Shown: positions 23,766 through 34,233, numbered from the stretch's first letter. The stretch: DNA of 34,572 nucleotides from an uncultured Candidatus Saccharibacteria bacterium (GCA_964567425.1 CAZMMP010000001.1:1-34572); one strand, 5' to 3'. Numbers and translations: made by a program. The notes: generated by a model from the sequence alone, not told the origin.

Positions 23766-25178
23766 TTAAATCACTTCCACGACCATCATATTCGTATCCA
23801 CCACTTCACCGAACGGCATCCCACCCACTACCAGCACCCGCTCTCCTTCTTTAGCCACCTTCTCCTTCAACACCGTGGCCCGCACCAGTTCCATCACTTC
23901 AGTCACATTACGGAAGGTGGGCACCACAATCGGCACCACGCCATAACTCAAGGCCAATTGCTGGCACGTTTGCTCGCGAGGAGTCAACGCCAAAATCGTC
24001 TGATGCGGTCGGTAGCGAGCGACCATTCGAGCAGTAAAGCCGGAGTTGGTGAGAGCCACAATATACTTGACCCCAAGATGAGTCGCCGCCTCCACCACCG
24101 CGTTGGAGACCGCATCAGTAACGCTATTGGTGTGGAAGAACTCCGGATCGCGACGCTCGTAGGTCTTGTCGCGCTCAATGCGCGTCGCCACCCGAGCCAT
24201 CACTTTGACGGCCTCCACCGGATAGGCTCCGAGCGTCGTCTCCTCGGAGAGCATTACCGCGTCAGTACCGTCCAAAATCGCGTTGGCCACATCCGAGACT
24301 TCGGCCCGAGTCGGCACCGGCGACTTGATCATGCTCTCGAGCATCTGGGTTGCCGTGATCACTGGCTTACCGGCTTTATGACATTTGGCGATGATCTCTT
24401 TTTGGACTAAGGGCACGTCCTCCGCCGGGATCTCCACCGCCAAGTCGCCGCGTGCCACCATGACGCCATCAGTGAGCGCAATAATTGCGTCCAAATTCTC
24501 CACCGCCTCCTGGGTCTCGATCTTAGCAATAATGAGCTCTTTGGTGCCGCGAGCGTTTAAGATCTCTCGGAGCTCCGTCACGTCCTCCGGCCGGCGGACG
24601 AAGGAGAAGGCAATCAGGTCCACCGGGTTCTCCAAGCTGAAGGCGAGATCTTTTTTATCTTTCTCCGTCAGCGAGCTCACCTTAAGATACGCCCCGGGGA
24701 AGTTGACGCCGCGTCGCCCCTTCGTGTCGCCACCAACGATAATTTTACACACCACGTCGTCGCCCTTAAAGTCCACTACCTGCAAGCGCTTCTTGCCGTC
24801 ATCAACCATGATCTCGTTCCCCACCTTGAGCTCCTGGGCAAGCGTGGGGTAATTAATGGAGACGCGTTCCTCGTTGCCCACAATCTTCTCGGGCGTGAGG
24901 GTAATTAGCTTCCCTTCCTCCAGCTGCACCCGCTCCTGGTAAAAATCGCCCAAGCGGAACTTGGGACCCGAGAGGTCCTGCATCACTGCTACCGGCCGGC
25001 CGAGCTTCTTGGCCACGCTCCGGGCATAGGCCACCTTGGGCGCATGCTCGGCAAAGTCTCCGTGCGAAAAATTGATCCGCACCACATCAAGACCGGCACG
25101 CACCAACTGCTCCAACATTTTTTCATGAGCGGTTACCGGGCCAATCGTGGCCACAATTTTAGTTTTTTTAGAATACAT
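23766..25178 (-). CDS. pyk: Pyruvate kinase
   Basis: 470 aa with TKIVATIGP, RINFSHG and MVARGDLAVEIP motifs. Confidence 0.95.
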   Translation of the reverse strand: MYSKKTKIVATIGPVTAHEKMLEQLVRAGLDVVRINFSHGDFAEHAPKVAYARSVAKKLGRPVAVMQDLSGPKFRLGDFYQERVQLEEGKLITLTPEKIVGNEERVSINYPTLAQELKVGNEIMVDDGKKRLQVVDFKGDDVVCKIIVGGDTKGRRGVNFPGAYLKVSSLTEKDKKDLAFSLENPVDLIAFSFVRRPEDVTELREILNARGTKELIIAKIETQEAVENLDAIIALTDGVMVARGDLAVEIPAEDVPLVQKEIIAKCHKAGKPVITATQMLESMIKSPVPTRAEVSDVANAILDGTDAVMLSEETTLGAYPVEAVKVMARVATRIERDKTYERRDPEFFHTNSVTDAVSNAVVEAATHLGVKYIVALTNSGFTARMVARYRPHQTILALTPREQTCQQLALSYGVVPIVVPTFRNVTEVMELVRATVLKEKVAKEGERVLVVGGMPFGEVVDTNMMVVEVI

Positions 25179-25189
25179 TACAGATTAGT

Positions 25190-27565
25190 TTAACTCCGGC
25201 CTAATTGGCGCTCTAATTGTTCGATGGCAATAGTGGTCTTGACTACCACATCCGGAGACAGAGAAATACTATCAATTCCCTGCTCCACAAGGAACTTGGC
25301 AAACTCCGGATAATCTGATGGGGCTTGGCCACAGAGACCAATCTTCGTGCCGTGCTCGCGGGCGATTTTAATCACTCGACTGATCAACTCTTTCACCGCC
25401 GCATTGTTTTCGTCATACACATGAGCAATCAGATGGTTATCGCGGTCCACCCCGAGCGTAAGCTGGGTTAAGTCGTTGGAGCCGATCGAAAAACCGTCAA
25501 AGAGCTTGGCAAACTCATCGGCTAAAATAACGTTTGAGGGGATCTCGATCATCGAGTAAACCTGGAAGCTGTTTTCGCCTCGGCGTAAGCCGCACTCGGC
25601 CATAATCTCAAGCACTTTATGCGCCTCGTTCAAGTCGCGGCAGAACGGGACCATTGCCTTGATGTTGGTGAGACCGAATTGCTCGCGCGCTTTTTTGAGC
25701 GCCGCGCACTCAAGCTTAAACGCCTCTTTGTACCCCTCGCTGTAGTAGCGGCTCGCGCCGCGCCAGCCGATCATCGGATTCTCCTCCACCGGCTCAAACA
25801 CTTTGCCCCCGATTAGGCCCGCGTACTCATTGGTCTTAAAGTCGCTGAAGCGGATAATCACATCGTTCGGATGAAAGGCCGCGCCAATCACCGCCATCCC
25901 CTCAGCTAGCTTGTCAATAAAGTAGTCTGCTTTGTTCTGATAACCTCGAGTCAGCCGCTCGATCTCGGCTCGCGCGGCCGGGTCAGTCACGCGCTCAAAT
26001 TGAAGCAGAGCGAGGGGATGAATTTTAATGTGCGAATCAATAATAAATTCCTCGCGAGCGAGCCCGACGCCGTCGTTCGGGATCTGGGCGTAGCGAAAGG
26101 CGTGATCCGGCGAGCCGACATTCATCATGATTTTGGTTTTCGGCTGCTTAAGATCCGTCACATCCGTTTTTTCAATTTCAAACTTGAGCTTGCCGGCATA
26201 GACAAATCCTTGATCGCCCTCGGAACAGCTCACCGTAATGTCAGTCTTGTCGGCAATCTTCTCGGTAGCGTTGCCCGTGCCGACCACGCACGGGATGCCG
26301 AGCTCGCGCGAGACGATGGCGGCGTGACAGGTGCGCCCGCCTTTATTGGTGACAATGGCGCTCGCCTGCTTCATCACCGGCACCCAGTCAGGGTCGGTCA
26401 TATCGGTGACGAGCACGTCGCCGGTTTGGAAGGAGGCGATATCCTTAAGCTCCATAATTTTGCTTGAGCGCCCGGCTCCAATCTTATTCCCCACCGAAGA
26501 ACCGGTCGCCAAGAGCTCGCCCTTCTCCACCAACTTGTACTCCTCGATGATATTCGTATTCTTACGCGATTCGACCGTCTCGGAGCGCGCTTGCACAATG
26601 TAAAGCTGCCCGTTATCTTCGTCGAGCGCCCACTCGATATCCATAGGCTTACCATAATGCGCCTCGATCTTAAGACCCCAATCCGCCAGCGTTTTAACTT
26701 GCTCATCAGTAATGGAATAGCGCTCTTGATCCTCAATCGAGACGTCGAGATTCTTGGTGGTGCTCCCCTCGCCGGGGATCATCTTCTCTTTTTTCGTTCC
26801 CAGCTTGCGCTTGATGATCGCCCTGGTCGGCTTAAAGATAGTGAACTCATCGGGGCTGACTCGACCTTTGACGATATTCTCGCCGATGCCGTAAATAGAG
26901 TTGATGACCACGACGTTTTTGAAACCGGATTCAGTGTCGATAGTAAACATCACGCCGGCGGCGGCCGCTCGCACCGCCACCATCTGCTGGATGCCGACCG
27001 AGAGCGCCACCTTCATGTGTTCAAAGCCGTTCTCGACCCGGTACACAATCGCTCGATCAGTAAAGAGCGAGGCGATGCAGTCGCGCACCGCCCGGAGCAC
27101 GGCCTCATGACCGCTGATATTGAGATACGTCTCTTGCTGGCCGGCAAACGAAGCATTGGGCAAATCTTCCGCTGTCGCGGACGAGCGGATCGCCACCACC
27201 AGATTAGGCTGACCAAGCTCGGCGGCTAGCTGATCATACCCTCGCACAATTTCATCCTTCAAATCCGTTGGCAATTCAGTTTGGGAAATGAGAGTGCGGA
27301 TCGCTTCGCCGCGACGATGGAGTTCATCAAGATTTTTAATATCTAAACCCGCGAGCAATTCTTCAATTTTGGGCCGGAGACCGGTTGAATCAAGGAAATA
27401 AAAATAAGCGGCGGCGGTGGTGGCACAACCGTTAGGCAAATGGACACCCTGCGGCGCGAGATGGCGATACATTTCGCCCAGCGAAGCGTTTTTGCCTCCG
27501 ACTTGGCCGATGTCCGTTAAGGCTAATTCTTTAAAGAACTTAATATACTTATATGTCTGGTCCAT
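25190..27565 (-). CDS. ppsA: Phosphoenolpyruvate synthase (pyruvate, water dikinase)
   Basis: 791 aa with an ATP-grasp N-terminus, the phosphohistidine swivel motif GGRTCHAAIVSRELGIPCVVG and a PEP-utilising TIM barrel. Confidence 0.95.
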   Translation of the reverse strand: MDQTYKYIKFFKELALTDIGQVGGKNASLGEMYRHLAPQGVHLPNGCATTAAAYFYFLDSTGLRPKIEELLAGLDIKNLDELHRRGEAIRTLISQTELPTDLKDEIVRGYDQLAAELGQPNLVVAIRSSATAEDLPNASFAGQQETYLNISGHEAVLRAVRDCIASLFTDRAIVYRVENGFEHMKVALSVGIQQMVAVRAAAAGVMFTIDTESGFKNVVVINSIYGIGENIVKGRVSPDEFTIFKPTRAIIKRKLGTKKEKMIPGEGSTTKNLDVSIEDQERYSITDEQVKTLADWGLKIEAHYGKPMDIEWALDEDNGQLYIVQARSETVESRKNTNIIEEYKLVEKGELLATGSSVGNKIGAGRSSKIMELKDIASFQTGDVLVTDMTDPDWVPVMKQASAIVTNKGGRTCHAAIVSRELGIPCVVGTGNATEKIADKTDITVSCSEGDQGFVYAGKLKFEIEKTDVTDLKQPKTKIMMNVGSPDHAFRYAQIPNDGVGLAREEFIIDSHIKIHPLALLQFERVTDPAARAEIERLTRGYQNKADYFIDKLAEGMAVIGAAFHPNDVIIRFSDFKTNEYAGLIGGKVFEPVEENPMIGWRGASRYYSEGYKEAFKLECAALKKAREQFGLTNIKAMVPFCRDLNEAHKVLEIMAECGLRRGENSFQVYSMIEIPSNVILADEFAKLFDGFSIGSNDLTQLTLGVDRDNHLIAHVYDENNAAVKELISRVIKIAREHGTKIGLCGQAPSDYPEFAKFLVEQGIDSISLSPDVVVKTTIAIEQLERQLGRS

Positions 27566-27603
27566 GATCGAGTGTCAGTAAATAAAAAAACGAGTAATAA
27601 TCG

Positions 27604-28083
27604 TTAATGATACTGGACGAGGAGCAAAACAGCAATAATGAGCGCGAGTTGGCTCGCGATGCCAACGAGTGGCTTCCCTTTCAGCTTGTGGGAAGTGTGA
27701 ATCCACACATGGAAGCGCTGGAGCCAAGTGATCGGCGGGCGGCGGAATTTAAAATAGACGAACTGGAGAAAATCAGGTAACTGCCCGGCAAGCCCACCGG
27801 CGAGGCCCAACCACCACCCGCCGATCAAATAACCAAGCACAAGGCCGAGCAAAAAATCAAAACCAATTTTAAATAAATCAATCACAAAATCCCAGCCAAA
27901 TTTCATGTCATTCTTCAGTGGGTTAGCTTCGTCCTCCGCCATCGAGCGGAGATGGTAATCCCAGTGCGGAATCGCATCGAGGGCAAAATGGCTCGCGAAA
28001 GCTAAGACGATCCCCAGCACCGGATGATTCGGCATCGCTGCCGCGATCGCGGCACCAACAACGGCGTGGGTAGTAAGGGTCAT
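27604..28083 (-). CDS. Polytopic membrane protein, tentatively DUF457/YdjM-like metal-dependent hydrolase
   Basis: MTLTTHAVVG..ASHFALDAIPHWDY His/Asp pattern and four to five hydrophobic helices. The start was set at ATG 28083 because the extended -10 occupies 28092..28100. The functional call is weak. Confidence 0.5.
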   Translation of the reverse strand: MTLTTHAVVGAAIAAAMPNHPVLGIVLAFASHFALDAIPHWDYHLRSMAEDEANPLKNDMKFGWDFVIDLFKIGFDFLLGLVLGYLIGGWWLGLAGGLAGQLPDFLQFVYFKFRRPPITWLQRFHVWIHTSHKLKGKPLVGIASQLALIIAVLLLVQYH

Positions 28084-28091
28084 TATTTTTA

Positions 28092-28100
28092 AACTTATCA
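28092..28100 (-). promoter_or_regulatory. Extended -10 (TGaTAAGTT) 8 nt before ATG 28083 (leaderless layout); heads the DUF457-ppsA-pyk-hpf-PPIase block
   Basis: The minus strand reads TGA TAAGTT taaaaata ATG, directly downstream of a terminator. Confidence 0.45.
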
Positions 28101-28110
28101 CAAAGTAACC

Positions 28111-28146
28111 TGAAACAAAAAGAGCGCGAGCCGGAACGGCTCGCGC
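28111..28146 (-). terminator. Rho-independent terminator
   Basis: GCGCGAGCCG-ttc-CGGCTCGCGC followed on the minus strand by TCTTTTTGTTT. Confidence 0.6.
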
Positions 28147-28176
28147 GAAATATTTCCCTTTTCCCCTTTTACCTTC

Positions 28177-29766
<1,590 letters not shown>

Positions 29767-29772
29767 ACGACT

Positions 29773-30423
29773 ATGACTACCCAATCTAACCCTATGGGCA
29801 AATTATTGCTTGCCCGCCATCACGAATCGCGTTGGAATAAACTCGGCAAATGGACAGGGATTCGAGACGAACGCTTAACTGACTATGGCTTTCAAAAAGC
29901 CGAGGACATGGGCCTACTCATTAAGGATATCCATATTGATCAAGCGTTCGCTTCAATGCAGGTACGCTCAATTGAGACGTTATCCTGTATGTTAAATATT
30001 TGCGAGCGCTATCGGGTTCCTACCGAACACTCCATCGCATTGAATGAACGAGATTATGGTGATTACACCGGAAAAAATAAATGGGAAATGGAAAAGTTGC
30101 TGGGTCCGGAAGAATTTAAAAAACTGCGCCGCGGGTGGAACTACCCCGTCCCTAACGGAGAATCATTAAAAATGGTGTACGAACGCACAGTTCCCTACTT
30201 TACTAGTATGATTTTACCCAAACTTCAAGAGGGAAAAAACGTACTTGTGGTTGCCCACGGCAATTCTTTACGCTCAATTATTAAATGGATCGAGGGGATA
30301 TCCGACGAGGGAATTGCTGATGTGGAAATGCCGTTTGGCGCAATTGTCATTTATACCCTTGACCCCAGCGGTCACCTTATTACCAAAGAAGTACGGCAAA
30401 CTTCATCCGAAGTAGGAGCCTAG
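29773..30423 (+). CDS. gpmA: 2,3-bisphosphoglycerate-dependent phosphoglycerate mutase (histidine phosphatase family)
   Basis: LLLARHHESRWN (an RHGE-type catalytic His motif with G replaced by H) and VVAHGNSLRS. Confidence 0.85.
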   Translation: MTTQSNPMGKLLLARHHESRWNKLGKWTGIRDERLTDYGFQKAEDMGLLIKDIHIDQAFASMQVRSIETLSCMLNICERYRVPTEHSIALNERDYGDYTGKNKWEMEKLLGPEEFKKLRRGWNYPVPNGESLKMVYERTVPYFTSMILPKLQEGKNVLVVAHGNSLRSIIKWIEGISDEGIADVEMPFGAIVIYTLDPSGHLITKEVRQTSSEVGA

Positions 30424-30439
30424 TTCCCTAAGCCCTCGC

Positions 30440-31216
30440 TTAAAAAATCCAAAACCAGGCGACAAGCGCTAGGACGAGGCGGTAAATGCCAAAGCTCGTG
30501 AAGCTGTGGCGGCGAACATAACGTAAGAGCCAGCGAATGGAGACCAGGGCAAAAATAAACGAGAAAATAAAGCCGACGACCAAGAGAAACCATTCATAGC
30601 CGGTGAAGCTGCCGCCAGATTTTAAGAGATCGAGCGCGGTTGCCCCGGCCATGGTCGGGATGGCGAGGAGAAAGGAAAATTCAACAATCGCCTCGCGGGA
30701 GAGGCCGAGCGCGAGGCCGGCCACGATAGTGGCGGCCGAGCGCGAAATGCCGGGAATAATAGCCAGCGCCTGCACCACGCCAATAGTCGTGGCTGCTCGG
30801 TAGTTAAGACGCTCAAGTTCGGCCCCTCGGCCTTCGCGGCCAGACCGGTGATACCAGCGCTCAAACAAAATGAGCACCACACCGCCGCCCGCGAGCGCCG
30901 CAAGCGCCACCGCCGCATTGCCCAGCAAATAACTTTTCACTATGCCATGGAGCGCGAGGCCAATGAGGGCTGTAGGGATAAAGGCGACTAACACTTTAGT
31001 AACGAGTCGCCAATCGCGCACCAAGCGACGAGCATACAGGAGCAGCACCGCCACAATCGCTCCCAGCTGGATCGCAATGGTAAAACTTTTAACAAAGTCC
31101 GTTTCGGCAATTTTTAAAAAAGCTTCGACGAGAATGAGATGGGCGGTTGAAGAAACCGGTAAAAACTCCGTAATGCCCTCAACGAAGCCGAGCAAAATAG
31201 CTTGGATAAATGTCAT
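30440..31216 (-). CDS. uppP: Undecaprenyl-diphosphate phosphatase
   Basis: GFVEGITEFLPVSSTAHL and PGISRSAAT motifs. Polytopic membrane protein. Confidence 0.95.
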   Translation of the reverse strand: MTFIQAILLGFVEGITEFLPVSSTAHLILVEAFLKIAETDFVKSFTIAIQLGAIVAVLLLYARRLVRDWRLVTKVLVAFIPTALIGLALHGIVKSYLLGNAAVALAALAGGGVVLILFERWYHRSGREGRGAELERLNYRAATTIGVVQALAIIPGISRSAATIVAGLALGLSREAIVEFSFLLAIPTMAGATALDLLKSGGSFTGYEWFLLVVGFIFSFIFALVSIRWLLRYVRRHSFTSFGIYRLVLALVAWFWIF

Positions 31217-31222
31217 GGGCTA

Positions 31223-31231
31223 AGTGTAACA
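31223..31231 (-). promoter_or_regulatory. Extended -10 (TGtTACACT) 6 nt before the uppP ATG (leaderless layout)
   Basis: The minus strand reads TGT TACACT tagccc ATG. No SD is present. Confidence 0.5.
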
Positions 31232-31236
31232 TATAG

Positions 31237-31268
31237 AAGCCCCGAAACTCATCATGAGTTCGGGGCTT
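31237..31268 (-). terminator. Strong hairpin closing the unassigned unit upstream of uppP
   Basis: AAGCCCCGAACTCAT / ATGAGTTTCGGGGCTT forms a stem of about 15 bp with one bulged A. On the minus strand it is followed by CTATATGTT, a moderately U-rich tail. Confidence 0.4.
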
Positions 31269-31287
31269 GGGCCTAAGAAAAGAGTGG

Positions 31288-31476
31288 TCAAAAACAGAGG
31301 GCTTGGCCAGGATGCGCGCGCGTGACCCTGGCGGTGTCTGGCTTGACCGACTTCGTCTCAAACCTTTGTTGACGCCACTTCAGCGCAGAAAGCTTAGCGA
31401 ACGCCACCAAAGCAACAATGCGAGTTCCCGACACCCCCTGCGGGGGTTGAGAACGGACAGTTTGTAGACGATCCAT
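31288..31476 (-). other. Unassigned unit: either a 62-aa basic small ORF or a structured RNA
   Basis: GGAG lies 9 nt before ATG 31476. The ORF is MDRLQTVRSQPPQG..AHPGQALCF. The same stretch contains four or more GC-rich hairpins. It is bracketed by two terminator-like hairpins. Confidence 0.25.
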
Positions 31477-31488
31477 GTCTACATTCTC

Positions 31489-31548
31489 CAAAAAAAGAAA
31501 TGATCAAATGAGCAACAGGCTGGCCCGCGCCAACCAACAGCTCATTTC
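31489..31548 (-). terminator. Rho-independent terminator after the yggU-like gene
   Basis: AAATGAGC[tgtt]GGTTGGC-gcgg-GCCAGCC[tgtt]GCTCATTT, followed on the minus strand by gatcaTTTCTTTTTTT. Confidence 0.6.
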
Positions 31549-31580
31549 TACTCAAGGATAGCTTTTTCCCCCTGACTTGT

Positions 31581-31802
31581 CTACCGCGTCAAGTGGATGA
31601 TTTTATGAGGACTGCGGTGGCCACTCACAATCCGCAGAGCTTTAGGGTCGATGTTTAAGTGTTGCGCTAGACTCTCCAAAGCCCGGCGATTAGCTAAGTT
31701 GTGCTCCGCCTTTTCCTTAACCGCCACTTTAAACACACCGCCCGGCGTCGCGAGGACGCCGGGGCGCTTAGCTTCGGGAGTAACGTGAAGCTTAAAGTAC
31801 AC
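31581..31802 (-). CDS. DUF167 (YggU-like) protein
   Basis: 73 aa with a GTG start. The pattern HVTPEAKRPGV..FKVAVKEKAEHNLANRRALESLAQHL..RIVSGHRSPHKII is typical of DUF167. Confidence 0.7.
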   Translation of the reverse strand: MYFKLHVTPEAKRPGVLATPGGVFKVAVKEKAEHNLANRRALESLAQHLNIDPKALRIVSGHRSPHKIIHLTR

Positions 31803-31807
31803 GGATA

Positions 31808-32362
31808 TTATTTTGCCATGAAGCTCGCGAGCTCACCCGACACGAGCGTGTCCGTTTTGGAGCTGAAGAGCTTATCGCCATTATCCCGGTAGAGCACTAC
31901 GGCATAAATGTGACCCGCGAGAGTGGGGCGAAGCAATTGCACCGCTACACCCGCTTGTGACGGCACATCAATCCGACGAGCACCAAGAATATTGCCGAGC
32001 TTGCCGCCCTGGTAATCGCGCACTGCCACCCAGGTTGAGCCGGCCGTGGTTACATTTAAAACATTCACAGTCGGACCAGCTACCTGATTGTTGACACTAA
32101 AGGTGGTTGCGCTGCTGCCCAAACCGGTGGCATTGCTTACCATCACGCCTGTTGAGTCATCGCTCGAGCTAGCCTCGCTCGCCGTCGTATCTCCTTCTGT
32201 CCCTGTCTCCGTTGAGCTTGCCGTCTCACCCCAGCTGCCAGTAGCACCACTCTTAGACCCCGTTGAATTACCCGCGAATACGCCCCAGCCGATCAAAAAC
32301 CCTACCACCAAGCCCACAACGAGTGCGACAAGCGTCCCCGTTGACCATTTTGTCGTTTCCAT
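31808..32362 (-). CDS. Membrane-anchored hypothetical protein with an S/T/G-rich linker and a beta-rich C-terminal domain
   Basis: 184 aa with an N-terminal TM (LVALVVGLVVGFLIGWGVF), a low-complexity linker and a C-terminal domain of about 110 aa of unknown family. Confidence 0.6.
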   Translation of the reverse strand: METTKWSTGTLVALVVGLVVGFLIGWGVFAGNSTGSKSGATGSWGETASSTETGTEGDTTASEASSSDDSTGVMVSNATGLGSSATTFSVNNQVAGPTVNVLNVTTAGSTWVAVRDYQGGKLGNILGARRIDVPSQAGVAVQLLRPTLAGHIYAVVLYRDNGDKLFSSKTDTLVSGELASFMAK

Positions 32363-32395
32363 TTCGTTATTTCCACGCTTGCTTAATAATGCGCT

Positions 32396-32404
32396 ATTAT
32401 AGCA
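32396..32404 (-). promoter_or_regulatory. Extended -10 (TGcTATAAT) for the 184-aa / yggU-like operon, with a 33-nt leader
   Basis: The minus strand reads TGC TATAAT, a perfect hexamer. Confidence 0.45.
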
Positions 32405-32489
32405 CCGCCTTAAATTAATGCTATCTTCACCAAAACTGATGACACTTAGACCAGTCGAGCAAATTTTAGTACTCTAAAACAGTATCCCC

Positions 32490-33167
32490 ATGCGCATTCT
32501 TATCGTCGAAGATGATCAAACTCTTGCCGAAGCCTTAGTGGCAAGTTTAACGACGGATAACCATGAGGCCAGCTATGCTCTTACCGCCGCGGCGGGGGAA
32601 GCCGCCTTAGTGAGCAACCCCGACGGGTACGATTTGCTGATTCTTGACTGGAGTCTCCCCGATCGTGATGGAGTGGAGCTGGCCCGGGAGTTGCGCTTGC
32701 GGCACTTGGATTTGCCCATTCTCCTCCTCACCGGCAAAGCCGAGGCCGACGACAAAGTGCTCGGCCTCGCCTCCGGCGCGGACGATTATCTTACCAAGCC
32801 CTTTGCTATCCCCGAACTGCTGGCTCGGCTCAAAGCGTTAGGTCGACGGCCAAAAAAGATTCTTTCCCCCACTCTTACGCTTGGCAACCTCACTCTTGAT
32901 ACCGAAAAAAAGAAGCTATTCTATGAGAACAAGGAAATCCCCCTGACCTTAAAAGAATTTTCGATTGTTGAGTACCTCTGCCGACACCCCAATCAGGTGC
33001 TGACGCGCGAGGATATCCTGGACCACGTCTGGGATTACGATTTTGACTCCTTCTCCAATATCGTCGACGTTCACATTAACAATCTTCGCAAAAAAATCGC
33101 TGCCGCCGGCAGTGCTCCCGTTCTTGAAACCATCCGCGGCGTCGGTTATTGCGTCCGCACCCTTTAA
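32490..33167 (+). CDS. OmpR/PhoB-family response regulator (receiver plus winged helix)
   Basis: MRILIVEDD, acceptor Asp in LLILDWSLPDRDG, LLTGK, YLTKPF, and a C-terminal wHTH (LTLKEFSIVEYL..VDVHINNLRKKI..RGVGY). Confidence 0.9.
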   Translation: MRILIVEDDQTLAEALVASLTTDNHEASYALTAAAGEAALVSNPDGYDLLILDWSLPDRDGVELARELRLRHLDLPILLLTGKAEADDKVLGLASGADDYLTKPFAIPELLARLKALGRRPKKILSPTLTLGNLTLDTEKKKLFYENKEIPLTLKEFSIVEYLCRHPNQVLTREDILDHVWDYDFDSFSNIVDVHINNLRKKIAAAGSAPVLETIRGVGYCVRTL

Positions 33168-33172
33168 ATCGT

Positions 33173-33859
33173 ATGCGCCTACTTATTGTCGAAGACGAAG
33201 AGACGATCGCCACGCTGTTGAAAAAAACACTGGAGAAGGAGTCGTATGCGGTCGATCATCTCGCCTCCGGCGAAGCGGCCCTCCGGCGGCTCGCCATGTC
33301 ACATCAGGACTATGATTTGGTGATTTTAGATTTGGGTCTCCCCGACAAAAACGGTCTCGAAATCTGCAGAGAGTTGCGCCACGACAAGATCCGGATCCCG
33401 ATCCTCGTCCTCACCGCTCACGACAATTTAGAAGATAAAATCGCCACCCTAGAAGCGGGAGCGGATGACTACTTAACCAAACCGTTTTCGATGCCGGAGC
33501 TCTTGGCACGCATTAAAACGATTCTCCGCCGTCCGCCCGAAGATCAGCCAGCCCAAGTGGAAGTAAACGATCTCTTGCTGGATACTAAAACCCGTCAAGT
33601 GACGCGTCATGGCCAGCCAGTCGCCCTTACGGTTAAAGAATTTTCGCTCTTGGAGTACTTGATGCGCCATCCCAACCAAGTGGTGAGCCGCAACCAGATC
33701 ATTGACCATCTCTGGGGTTACGACTTTACGTCGGCTTCTAATATCGTTGATGTGCATATCAAAAATCTCCGCAAAAAAATCAACAACCGCGGCCAAAAAA
33801 TTTTGGAAACCGTCCGCGGCCTCGGCTATCGCATCAAAGCGACGTCAACCGCCGATTAA
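33173..33859 (+). CDS. OmpR/PhoB-family response regulator, tandem paralog
   Basis: The start is at ATG 33173 (MRLLIVEDEE), 5 nt after the previous stop. Acceptor Asp in LVILDLGLPDKNG, YLTKPF, and a wHTH (LTVKEFSLLEYL..VDVHIKNLRKKI..RGLGY). Confidence 0.9.
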   Translation: MRLLIVEDEETIATLLKKTLEKESYAVDHLASGEAALRRLAMSHQDYDLVILDLGLPDKNGLEICRELRHDKIRIPILVLTAHDNLEDKIATLEAGADDYLTKPFSMPELLARIKTILRRPPEDQPAQVEVNDLLLDTKTRQVTRHGQPVALTVKEFSLLEYLMRHPNQVVSRNQIIDHLWGYDFTSASNIVDVHIKNLRKKINNRGQKILETVRGLGYRIKATSTAD

Positions 33860-33895
33860 CTTTACCTTCATTACATCTTCGTATATTCTAGGCCT

Positions 33896-34141
33896 ATGCC
33901 CACCAAACCAAACAATATTAAACGACGAGGCTTTGCATCGATGAGTGTCGAACGGCGACGCGAGATCGCGGCCCGCGGCGGCCGGGCGGCGCACGAAGCG
34001 GGCACTGCTCACCAATTTACCAGCGAGGAAGCGCGCCGCGCCGGCAAAAAAGGTGGTCAGTCGGTGAGTCAAGATCGCATCCACATGGCCCGGATTGGCC
34101 GCAGTGGCGGCAAACGGAGTCGGCGCGGCAAAGCCTCTTAA
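33896..34141 (+). CDS. KGG-repeat general stress protein (YciG/GsiB-like)
   Basis: RRGFASMSVERRREIAARGGRAAHEAGTAHQFTSEEARRAGKKGG matches the stress-induced KGG repeat family. TATATT (33882..33887) lies 8 nt before the ATG with no SD. Confidence 0.8.
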   Translation: MPTKPNNIKRRGFASMSVERRREIAARGGRAAHEAGTAHQFTSEEARRAGKKGGQSVSQDRIHMARIGRSGGKRSRRGKAS

Positions 34142-34167
34142 TTTGCAATTTGCAAAACAAAAACGCG

Positions 34168-34233
34168 GCAATAAAATCGCCTTCAGATGACTTTCCCGAT
34201 GCTGGCCGGGAGCACTGAAGGCGATTTTATTGC
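34168..34233. repeat. Perfect 19-bp inverted repeat with a 28-nt spacer between the convergent KGG genes; probable terminator for the minus-strand gene
   Basis: GCAATAAAATCGCCTTCAG (34168..34186) pairs with CTGAAGGCGATTTTATTGC (34215..34233). On the minus strand the stem is followed by cgcgTTTTTGTTTT. Confidence 0.6.

Noticed and set aside
31263-31349. Three GGCTTG(G/A)CC-like direct repeats spaced about 36-40 nt apart, as a possible mini-array (CRISPR-like or iteron).
   Set aside because: The repeats are only 8-10 nt long, imperfect and three in number, with no uniform spacers. This is far below what defines a CRISPR or iteron array.
31217-31580. Whether the non-coding stretch upstream of uppP is a tmRNA, RNase P RNA, SRP RNA, 6S RNA or a tRNA.
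   Set aside because: On either strand I could not find the tRNA-like acceptor/T-arm with CCA end and tag ORF of tmRNA, the GAGGAAAGUCC / ACAGAA.CCGGCUUA P4 motifs of RNase P, or the GGAAG..AGCAG domain IV of SRP. It is kept only as an unassigned unit.
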